Positions 10,087 through 17,558 of a stretch of 34,232 bases of DNA are shown here, in pieces. The DNA is taken from IMG/VR virus record IMGVR_UViG_3300035130_000094, positions 1-34,232 of that record, one strand, 5' to 3'. How positions within the stretch are numbered: the first letter of the stretch is position 1; the number at the start of each line of letters is the position of its first letter. Made by a program: the position numbers and the translations under genes. This DNA comes from a virus (Duplodnaviria; Caudoviricetes). The notes under the pieces were generated by a model. The model saw only the letters and a list, made by a program, of their open reading frames with translations. It had not been told where the DNA came from and ran no database searches.

Positions 10087-10353
10087 TTAAGCACCTTCTT
10101 GAGATTCTAAAGTTTTTATTAAATCTTCTTTGGTTCCTACTGCATAAAGATTTTTATTTTTGCAAATCTTTTGCAAATCTCTATATGACATATTGTTGTA
10201 ATCTTCTTTTCGATTAATGTTATATCTAATAGCATAATCAACTATATAAAGTTTTTTGTATGCGTTAAAATCTTTTAAACTCATATCAACAATATCATAT
10301 TTATTATATTTTTTACCTTTGTAAGTTGATTCTTTTAAAAAAATTGCTTTCAT
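10087..10353 (-). CDS. SAP/HeH-domain protein
   Basis: C-terminal YNNMSYRDLQKICKNKNLYAVGTKEDLIKTL matches the SAP motif; typical post-capsid position. Confidence 0.7.
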   Translation of the reverse strand: MKAIFLKESTYKGKKYNKYDIVDMSLKDFNAYKKLYIVDYAIRYNINRKEDYNNMSYRDLQKICKNKNLYAVGTKEDLIKTLESQEGA

Positions 10354-10371
10354 TTTTTACCCCTTCCCGAA

Positions 10372-10400
10372 TAAAAAGAAATAAGGGCAAAAACGCCCTT
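10372..10400 (-). terminator. Intrinsic terminator after major capsid gene
   Basis: Minus strand AAGGGC-GTTTTT-GCCCTT followed by ATTTCTTTTT. Confidence 0.6.
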
Positions 10401-10402
10401 TC

Positions 10403-11383
10403 TTAGCTTCCTGCCGGACCAAATACACTGAACGGATATCTTGTTGTATCATCTTCATTAACTCTATTGATTGGGTTTGGTACTTGCCAACCTAACCTCA
10501 TGCAAGACTTTAAAGCAACCATATTTTGTTGAGCTAAATTGTATAATATAGCTCCTGTGGTCGGGTCTTGAATCACTGCCTCTGTTAATAATTTCCAAGT
10601 AATATCTTTCCTCATAGCATACATTAATTTTGACCAATCACCAGCAATCATTAAAGACCTATCCGGGTCAATTGCTCCGTTTTTGGGGAACATTATTGAT
10701 TCCCCGTCTAAATTATAAAGCGTTCCGCCTTGCATTCCTTCTTTATAAACAGACTTAAATATAGGCAACCCGCTTGAGTCTCTTATCCCTCTTAATCTTG
10801 CCTTCATTCTTAAATGACTAATAAAACCCGAATTGTCAAAACCATCTTCTTCAATTTTTGACAATAAACCATTTCTACTCATGATTTTGTCATATAAATC
10901 ATTAGAGGTTGACCCATCGTCAAGAATTAAATGACCTGCCGCTGTTGCCGCTGTTACTATGCTAGTCGGCCATACCGCTGGTGCATTAGTTCCATATAAA
11001 ACGGCCATATCAAAAGCTATCCCATAAGCTTCTAATAGTTTGGGTTTTACTTCTGCCCAGATATCGTAATCAGTATCATCTAGAACAGCTTCCGGAATTG
11101 CTACAATAACGGCTAATTCTTCGGCGTCAATGTATTTGTTTTCCCACATTACACGACTAGTTTTTTTAAATCCAATATCGCCTCTATCTTGTGGCCCAGG
11201 ATTTACAAAATAAGCCGTTGGTAATACTGATAATACTGGAAGTCTTCTTTGACCTCTTGCCATGTCTGGAGCTTTATACCCCATAGACATAATTGTTGAC
11301 ATTTGCGTTACTTCTTGTATAATTTCCCTTTGATACTCCTCTGGCATTAATGCCTCTGCCCCAGCTCTTGGAATATATGACAC
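10403..11383 (-). CDS. Major capsid protein (HK97 fold)
   Basis: 326 aa; LMPEE...IIQ, AEELAVIVAIPEAVLDD, FDMAVLYGT, IAGDWS, NLAQQNMVALK motifs; GTG start with GGGGAG RBS. Confidence 0.92.
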   Translation of the reverse strand: MSYIPRAGAEALMPEEYQREIIQEVTQMSTIMSMGYKAPDMARGQRRLPVLSVLPTAYFVNPGPQDRGDIGFKKTSRVMWENKYIDAEELAVIVAIPEAVLDDTDYDIWAEVKPKLLEAYGIAFDMAVLYGTNAPAVWPTSIVTAATAAGHLILDDGSTSNDLYDKIMSRNGLLSKIEEDGFDNSGFISHLRMKARLRGIRDSSGLPIFKSVYKEGMQGGTLYNLDGESIMFPKNGAIDPDRSLMIAGDWSKLMYAMRKDITWKLLTEAVIQDPTTGAILYNLAQQNMVALKSCMRLGWQVPNPINRVNEDDTTRYPFSVFGPAGS

Positions 11384-11400
11384 TTAAATCTCCCCTTTTC

Positions 11401-12060
11401 TTATCTTCTAAAAGCATTACGAATCATATCGTTAAATGCTTTGTTTGAATCGGGTATATTTTTATTATTTTGTTCGTGTCCTGCCCTCGTTTCGATGTTT
11501 TTTACTAGAAATTTCTTATTATTTAATAAACTTGTTACCGCTTCTTTTACTCCTGAAATTTTGCCATTTTCAACTACTATATTTTCTCTATCCAATAATT
11601 GATAAACAGCTTCAACATCAACAGCGTTTAATTTTGTTGCTACTTGATAAACTTCCGTTCTGATATTATTTTCTTCGTTTTCTTTTCTTAATGCTTCGAT
11701 TTTTTTGTTTGCTTCGTCTCTTTCAAAGTTAGCTTTTTCGATTTCTGTCATCTGTGCTTTTTTTTGTTTTTCTTCGTATTCATCACGAATTTTCTTTTCT
11801 TGCTGTTTGATTTTTCTAGCAAGTATTTTGTCGATGTCTTGTTGAGTAAATGTTTTTAAGTCTTTATTTGTTTCGTCATTATCTGTATTGTCATTATCTG
11901 TATTATCATTATCCGGGTTATCTTCACCAGAATTATTATTTTCTCCATTTCCTTCGTCTGCTTCGCCTTCTTGGTTTCCTTCGTTTTTTGGAACGGCTAA
12001 TATTGGGAATAATGGACCTAATAACATAATTTTGAATAATTTTAAGAATTTTTTATTCAT
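11401..12060 (-). CDS. Capsid scaffolding protein
   Basis: Acidic low-complexity N-terminus, KTFTQQDIDKIL motif, coiled coil, FNDMIR C-terminus; immediately upstream of capsid. Confidence 0.88.
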   Translation of the reverse strand: MNKKFLKLFKIMLLGPLFPILAVPKNEGNQEGEADEGNGENNNSGEDNPDNDNTDNDNTDNDETNKDLKTFTQQDIDKILARKIKQQEKKIRDEYEEKQKKAQMTEIEKANFERDEANKKIEALRKENEENNIRTEVYQVATKLNAVDVEAVYQLLDRENIVVENGKISGVKEAVTSLLNNKKFLVKNIETRAGHEQNNKNIPDSNKAFNDMIRNAFRR

Positions 12061-12081
12061 GATATCACCCTTTCTTTTTTG

Positions 12082-12124
12082 TCCGTTTTAAGTCCGTCGA
12101 CTTTTCCGTTTTATGTTCGTCAAC
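12082..12124 (-). promoter_or_regulatory. Tandem 20-nt leader motif upstream of scaffold gene
   Basis: GTTGACGAACATAAAACGGA and GTCGACGGACTTAAAACGGA, 23-nt period, just before the RBS. Confidence 0.55.
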
Positions 12125-12225
12125 ATTCCAAGTATTAAAAAGTTAGGGTTAAAACCATTATAAACTAGTTCGACAAAAAAATAAAATATTTTCGTTATTT
12201 TTCTATATAGAAAAAAATATGCAAA

Positions 12226-12258
12226 AAAAAGAAAGACCTTTTTAAAATCTTTCTTTTT
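12226..12258. terminator. Bidirectional intrinsic terminator downstream of primase
   Basis: AAAAAGAAAGA-loop-TCTTTCTTTTT inverted repeat. Confidence 0.55.
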
Positions 12259-12310
12259 ACAACATATCAACCGAATATTTTGTATCCGTTCAATTTTATT
12301 TTATTTTTTA

Positions 12311-13375
12311 TTATATCCTATATATAATTCTATTTAAAGCTTTTTCTAAAATTTCCAATCTATATATAAATGATTCTTTATCTTGTACATAATAATCGTT
12401 TATATCATTATATTTTTGAATTTTAAGTATTTTTGAATTTATATTAATTTCGGTTAATTTTTTTTGCAAATTTTGAGCCGCTTCTAATCCATAATTTTTT
12501 TTACCTTGAAAATCAAAATCAAATGCAATTACAAAAACCACGTTTTTATATTTCTTTTTGTTTATATTTATAATATCAAACAATCTATTTGACATTGTAA
12601 TTGAATTAATAGAAATAGCTTTTCTATTTTCATTTTCAAATGATAAACAATCAAAAATACCCTCTGTAATAAAAATTATTTCGTTTCTAAGTTCATTTCT
12701 TAAAATATCAGCATTATAAATTTTTAATGGTGCATTTTTAAGATTTAAAACTTTAAGACCATTGTTATTATTTTTTCTTAAAATACAATTAACAACTTTT
12801 CCATTCTCTAAGATAGGTATTATATTTGTATAATCCTTTAAATATTTTTTTGATTTTTCCGAATAAAAGAAGCTTGGAATTATTTTTTCAGGGTTCATTA
12901 TTAACATTTTATTTAATAATTCTTTATTGTTGATACCTCTTTTTTTGAAGTACCAATAATAATTAAATTTTAAGTTAGATTTAAGAGCATTTTTAATATT
13001 TTCATCTAATTTAAGTAAATTTTCTTTTAAATTTTTATGTTCTTGAATCTTTTTTTCTTGTTCTTTTTTATTCGGATTGTTCGGCTTGTTTGTATGTTCG
13101 AATTGTTCGTTTTCTATGTTTAAAATTTCTCTTGCTTTTTCTAGTGTTTTTGTAAATTCTTTATTTGTATAACCTTCAAAATAGGCAATAACATTTAAAC
13201 TATCGCCCTTTATTCCACAGTGACAACAACAATAGTCATTGCGAACAGTCATTTTTTTAAAATGATTATTATGTCTATAATCTAAGCAGTCCCAGTTAGT
13301 ACCGGAATTTTCTTTCAAACCATAATATTTCAATATTTTTTTCAAATTTGATTTTATATATTCTTTTTCAGTCAT
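12311..13375 (-). CDS. DNA primase-like protein (Zn-binding + TOPRIM, no helicase domain)
   Basis: C..H...CCCHCGIKGD zinc finger, YFKKRGI, IFITEGIFDCLS, IAFDFD, DINDY TOPRIM motifs. Confidence 0.85.
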   Translation of the reverse strand: MTEKEYIKSNLKKILKYYGLKENSGTNWDCLDYRHNNHFKKMTVRNDYCCCHCGIKGDSLNVIAYFEGYTNKEFTKTLEKAREILNIENEQFEHTNKPNNPNKKEQEKKIQEHKNLKENLLKLDENIKNALKSNLKFNYYWYFKKRGINNKELLNKMLIMNPEKIIPSFFYSEKSKKYLKDYTNIIPILENGKVVNCILRKNNNNGLKVLNLKNAPLKIYNADILRNELRNEIIFITEGIFDCLSFENENRKAISINSITMSNRLFDIININKKKYKNVVFVIAFDFDFQGKKNYGLEAAQNLQKKLTEININSKILKIQKYNDINDYYVQDKESFIYRLEILEKALNRIIYRI

Positions 13376-13404
13376 TTGTTATACCTCCGATAATTTATAT
13401 TATT

Positions 13405-13433
13405 ATCGTATCGAAAAAGTGTACACTTGTCAA
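13405..13433 (-). promoter_or_regulatory. SigA-type promoter of primase with palindromic operator
   Basis: TTGACA-17-TACGAT; palindrome AAGTGTACACTT (13417-13428) abuts the -35. Confidence 0.65.
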
Positions 13434-13448
13434 TACTTTTTAAACAAT

Positions 13449-13480
13449 AAAAAAAATCTAAGTTAGTCTTAGATTTTTTA
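13449..13480. terminator. Bidirectional intrinsic terminator
   Basis: AAAAAATCTAAG-TTAGT-CTTAGATTTTTT. Confidence 0.65.
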
Positions 13481-13552
13481 ATATAGCTTTTTTTGAAAAA
13501 ATAAACAAAATATTATAAATTTTTATCAATGTTGTATCCTTACCGGAGATAC
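13449..13552 (-). ncRNA. Candidate ~100-nt small RNA
   Basis: TTGACA-18-TATAAT promoter (13559-13588), 5' hairpin GUAUCU-CCGGUAA-GGAUAC, no ORF, ends at terminator hairpin 13449-13480. Confidence 0.5.
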
Positions 13553-13558
13553 AATTAT

Positions 13559-13588
13559 ATTATATGCAAAAAAGTATATACTTGTCAA
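13559..13588 (-). promoter_or_regulatory. SigA-type promoter with palindromic operator
   Basis: TTGACA-18-TATAAT; palindrome AAGTATATACTT (13572-13583). Confidence 0.7.
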
Positions 13589-13610
13589 TACTTTTTTTGA
13601 AATTAAACAT

Positions 13611-13643
13611 AAAAAAAGTCCAACATTATATTAGACTTTTTTT
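13611..13643. terminator. Bidirectional terminator downstream of glycan cluster
   Basis: AAAAAAAGTC-loop-GACTTTTTTT. Confidence 0.6.
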
Positions 13644-13788
13644 GCTCTAATCACAACAAATCACTTGTAAAGGAACACACTAAAAAAATAAAAACTCAAA
13701 AACCAAATACTTCAACAACAATACGTAATTATGATAACAAATTTATTTAAATCTTTTATGATGATATATTATAATAAAATAACAAAAT

Positions 13789-14934
13789 TTACAATGTTTT
13801 TTTTATATCCGTTAAAGTTTTTGCGGCGGTTTCTCCTGCTTTCCCTCTAAGCTTTGAAGGAAAAATATTTTCTATAAATTGTTTTTCTTCGTCTTTCATT
13901 CCGTTCACTGCGGCGGTTTCAATCATTTTATTTAATTCTTGAATATTCTTTGCATGATATCCGATTTGTTTTGAATAAATCATATATTCTAAATTATTTC
14001 TATCTTTATTAAAATGTTGCATAACATCTTTTTTGCATATCCAATCAGGGAAAATGACTGGGATATTCAACGCCCATGCTTCATATAAAGTGCTTCCGGC
14101 GTCTGCTATTACAACGGTGTTTCCTTTGCAATATTCTTCAAGCGTTGGAATCTGTTTTTTATTTTCGCCTTTTTTTGTAGTTGGATGTTTAGAGTCTAAA
14201 AAATTATATCTAGAATCAATTAACTTTATATAATTTAAAAACTCTGGAAAACTCGAACGGCCTTTATATTTATTACTATATCCATGAGTTGGACACCATA
14301 AAACGTTTATTTTATCTGGTTTCTTTTCTTCTTTTTTATTTTTTAATTTTTCAAAAATCGGGTCTAGTTTTGTGTAGCCAACTTCGAATATTTCGCCTTT
14401 ATATCCTGTATTTCTCATTCTTTGAGACCATATTGGCCCCGGAACAAAAGCATATTTAAACCTGTTGATTCTTGAACCAATCCAATAATTTTTATCCGCT
14501 ATGCCATGGCTATAAAATATGTCATGAGGTCCGACCGGGGTCTTCCCTTGTTGTCCTATCCTCATACTTGAAAAATATCTAATATTTAAGCCTTTACCAT
14601 CTAAACCCGGTCCCGGTCTTTCTAAATATGTAGAATTATTCAAATGTTTTTTTATAGGGTCGCTCAATGCTTCTATAGCGTATATATACGCATTTCCTTT
14701 ATGTTGGTTCGACGAATCATAGCAAAAATTAAAATCTTCTCCTATTTCGCAATGATTTCTTTTTAAAAACGCTTTCGAGTTGTATTGATTAATTTTAAAA
14801 TTTTTTTGACTTCTAATTTTTCTAAATAAAGTTGAAGAACTCGAAAAATTAAATTCTCTTTCTTTAAACGGAAAAAATATAATATCATCTATTACAACTT
14901 TAAAATGATTTACATTTAAAACTTTAACTTTCAT
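13789..14934 (-). CDS. CDP-glycerol/ribitol phosphotransferase-like (TagF/TarF, GT-B fold) protein
   Basis: SHGIADK, FVPG, VGYTKLD, VLWCPTH, HP, VIADAGSTLYEAWALNIPVIF motifs of TagF-like/GT-B transferases. Confidence 0.7.
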   Translation of the reverse strand: MKVKVLNVNHFKVVIDDIIFFPFKEREFNFSSSSTLFRKIRSQKNFKINQYNSKAFLKRNHCEIGEDFNFCYDSSNQHKGNAYIYAIEALSDPIKKHLNNSTYLERPGPGLDGKGLNIRYFSSMRIGQQGKTPVGPHDIFYSHGIADKNYWIGSRINRFKYAFVPGPIWSQRMRNTGYKGEIFEVGYTKLDPIFEKLKNKKEEKKPDKINVLWCPTHGYSNKYKGRSSFPEFLNYIKLIDSRYNFLDSKHPTTKKGENKKQIPTLEEYCKGNTVVIADAGSTLYEAWALNIPVIFPDWICKKDVMQHFNKDRNNLEYMIYSKQIGYHAKNIQELNKMIETAAVNGMKDEEKQFIENIFPSKLRGKAGETAAKTLTDIKKTL

Positions 14935-14945
14935 TGTTTAAACTC

Positions 14946-15569
14946 CTATCTAATAAAAATTATTTGATTATCTAAATCTAATTTTATTATATCAAATATT
15001 TTTTCGGCGACTGTTTCAGGTTTCATCATATTTTTAAAATCGTCATCTGGTTCTATTTCATGTCTCATATCTGAATCAAAAGCCGCCGGACATATACAAA
15101 ATGATTTTATACCATACTCTTTTAATTCTTGAGACATTGATAAACTAAAATTAATAACCGCCGCTTTACTTGCTGAATAAAAAGAACGGCCCGGTCTTGG
15201 ACCAGTTCCGGCGGTACTTGCAATATTTATTATTTTACAGTCTTTCAAATCATATTCAATACATTTTTTAACCCAAGCTTGTGTTAAATTTACTAAGCTA
15301 AAAAAGTTAACATCAAACATATTTTTTATATCTTTTATATCTGCTTCTAGTAAATTATCTTGTTGACATATCCCTGCATTATTAATTAATATCTTTGGAA
15401 ATTGGTCTTTATGAATATAATCAATGTATTTATTTATAACCTCATATTCTCTTATATCTAAATCATTCCATTTTGTTAATCCATAATAATTAAAATCATT
15501 TTTACAAAATTTTTTTGCTAGGCCCTTTCCTAAACCTCTTGAAGTCCCCGAAATCAAAACAGTTTCCAT
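14946..15569 (-). CDS. Short-chain dehydrogenase/reductase (possible ribulose-5-P reductase)
   Basis: SGTSRGLG, LINNAG, NIAS, YSASK catalytic motif; adjacent to IspD/TarI. Confidence 0.85.
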   Translation of the reverse strand: METVLISGTSRGLGKGLAKKFCKNDFNYYGLTKWNDLDIREYEVINKYIDYIHKDQFPKILINNAGICQQDNLLEADIKDIKNMFDVNFFSLVNLTQAWVKKCIEYDLKDCKIINIASTAGTGPRPGRSFYSASKAAVINFSLSMSQELKEYGIKSFCICPAAFDSDMRHEIEPDDDFKNMMKPETVAEKIFDIIKLDLDNQIIFIR

Positions 15570-16250
15570 TTATTCGGCCCCCATTTTTTCATATTTATAT
15601 TTATATATAGCTTTTGCAATTGCTAAATCTAAAGGGGTAGTAACTTTTATATTTTCTTCTATTCCATAAATTACATTAATACAAGAAAAATATTTTAAAA
15701 GTACTTTTGTATCATCTGTATTATTAATATCATTTTTTTCAATTTCGCATTCATGAGCTTTTAATAACTTTTCACGGTTAAATTTTTGCGGCATTTGTAC
15801 CGTCCCGATATCATCTCTATTATAAATATTATTAAATACATCAATAACACTTGCTTTACTTTTGTCAATCGGTGTTACATTTTCGTAATCATCTTCTATA
15901 ATTCTTTTTACAAGCTTTTTAGTTATAAAAGGTCTTACCGATTCACTAATTAATACTAAATTCGTATTAACTTTTAATAATCCATTATAAACCGACATTT
16001 GTCTTGTGTTACCTTTGTCACAAAAAACAAATTTTTTCTTATTATATAAATTGTTTTTAATTAATACATCTCTGATTTCGTATTGTCTATCCTTTGCAGT
16101 AGGTAATATAATATTTTCTATTTCTTCAATATCACAAAATACATCAAGTCCGAATAAAAATAAATACTTTCCAAACATTTTATAAAATTGTTTCGGATAA
16201 CCTAGACCGGCTCTTTTACCAGTCCCACCCATTAAATAAATTAAATCCAT
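15570..16250 (-). CDS. IspD/TarI-family cytidylyltransferase
   Basis: GGTGKRAG..PKQF, GNTRQMSVYNGL, VRPF, VQMPQKF, TDD, NIKVTTPLDL. Confidence 0.9.
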   Translation of the reverse strand: MDLIYLMGGTGKRAGLGYPKQFYKMFGKYLFLFGLDVFCDIEEIENIILPTAKDRQYEIRDVLIKNNLYNKKKFVFCDKGNTRQMSVYNGLLKVNTNLVLISESVRPFITKKLVKRIIEDDYENVTPIDKSKASVIDVFNNIYNRDDIGTVQMPQKFNREKLLKAHECEIEKNDINNTDDTKVLLKYFSCINVIYGIEENIKVTTPLDLAIAKAIYKYKYEKMGAE

Positions 16251-16253
16251 TTT

Positions 16254-16670
16254 TTACACTCCTGACAATCCCGACATTTTTTTATCTTCATTTTTAATTA
16301 TTTCATCATCTAAGAAATCGATTGATTTTCCCAAACTACTTAATGTTTGTATGCTTTCACAAACTAGATTTAAAGCTATTCGGTGCATCGTTTTATATGA
16401 TTTTGATAATTGTTTTATATTATTATCCATTACCCCGTTTTTAAATAATATAGTGTTTGACTCTTGAATCTTTTCAATCATATTATTTAAATCTTTTATT
16501 TCTTTGTCTGTTTCTTTTATTTCTTCTTCAACTACTGCCCACATTTCATTTAATGAATGAAATTGACCATGTTTTTTTATATATTCTCTTATTTCTTGAT
16601 TTTCTATTTCTAAAACTTTTCTTTTTAATTTTTCCATTCCTAAAACTTTTTCATTAATTGATTTTTTCAT
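16254..16670 (-). CDS. MazG-like all-alpha NTP pyrophosphatase-like protein
   Basis: KHGQFHSLNEMWAVVEEEIKE...ESIQ resembles the phage MazG-like F.S.HE..AV..EE..E...E.IQ motif. Confidence 0.5.
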   Translation of the reverse strand: MKKSINEKVLGMEKLKRKVLEIENQEIREYIKKHGQFHSLNEMWAVVEEEIKETDKEIKDLNNMIEKIQESNTILFKNGVMDNNIKQLSKSYKTMHRIALNLVCESIQTLSSLGKSIDFLDDEIIKNEDKKMSGLSGV

Positions 16671-16673
16671 TTT

Positions 16674-17558
16674 TTATAACTCCTTTTTAAATTTTAATTT
16701 TTGTCTTTGTGTTTTTTCTATTTCTAATATTTCATGCTGTTTATATGTTAAGCTTTCATAAGTCGATATTAAGTCCCTTTTTAATTTTTTCAATCCTTCT
16801 GGTTCTAAGCTTGCGGCGTGGTCTGTTCCTTTCAAAGTTCTATCTAGTGTAAAATGTCTTTCAATGTAATTAGCCCCTAACGTATATGCGGCAATATCCG
16901 GAGCTATTCCAAGATGGTGACCAGAAAAACCAATATTCCCTTTTATGCCTAATTCGTTATAATACATATTTGATAAACCATCAATTTCAAATAAACAAAT
17001 ATCTTTAAAATCTACCGGATAACCAGAGGTACAAGCATATAAAACGACATCATTTTCTCTTTCATATTTTCCTATCATTTTAAAAACTTCTTCTACTTCT
17101 TTGTAGCTTGTCATTCCTAACGAAATATGTATTTTACCGTTATAACAGTCTAATAAATGACTAACTAATTCATAATTATTATTTTGAGCTGAAGGAATTT
17201 TAATTAATTCAGGTTTTAAACTCATAATTTCGTTAGCACTGTTTAAGTCCCAAACCGAAGAACTATAAATTATATTTTCATCTTCACAACGCCTTTTTAA
17301 TTGTTCGTGTTGTTCTAAATTAAATTCTAAAAATTCTCTATGTTCTCCGTAAGTTTCACCATATGAATTTTTATTTAAATATGGTTTATTATATTCTTTT
17401 TCGGATAAAAGTAATTTATTATCTCTCTTTTGAAACTTCACTATATCAACATTACAATGTTTTGCGATTTTAACCATATCAAAAGCAGTTTCTAAGCTTC
17501 CCATATGATTACACCCAATCTCAGCAATTAACACTGGTTTTTTTCTTTTAATTCTCAT
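16674..17558 (-). CDS. neuB: N-acetylneuraminate/KDN(-9-phosphate) synthase family
   Basis: IAEIGCNHMG, VKFQKR, IKIPSA, CTSGYP, GFSGHH, IERHFTLDR..GTDH.ASLEP; lacks the C-terminal AFP/SAF domain. Confidence 0.92.
   Translation of the reverse strand: MRIKRKKPVLIAEIGCNHMGSLETAFDMVKIAKHCNVDIVKFQKRDNKLLLSEKEYNKPYLNKNSYGETYGEHREFLEFNLEQHEQLKRRCEDENIIYSSSVWDLNSANEIMSLKPELIKIPSAQNNNYELVSHLLDCYNGKIHISLGMTSYKEVEEVFKMIGKYERENDVVLYACTSGYPVDFKDICLFEIDGLSNMYYNELGIKGNIGFSGHHLGIAPDIAAYTLGANYIERHFTLDRTLKGTDHAASLEPEGLKKLKRDLISTYESLTYKQHEILEIEKTQRQKLKFKKEL

Noticed and set aside
11876-11912. 15-bp tandem repeat in scaffold gene
   Set aside because: Encodes DNDNT low-complexity acidic linker.
12088-12270. 60-aa minus-strand ORF
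   Set aside because: Spans terminator and scaffold leader; low-complexity, no RBS.
15570-16250. MEP-pathway ispD auxiliary metabolic gene
   Set aside because: Context with SDR and TagF-like transferase favours a CDP-polyol (TarI-like) role.
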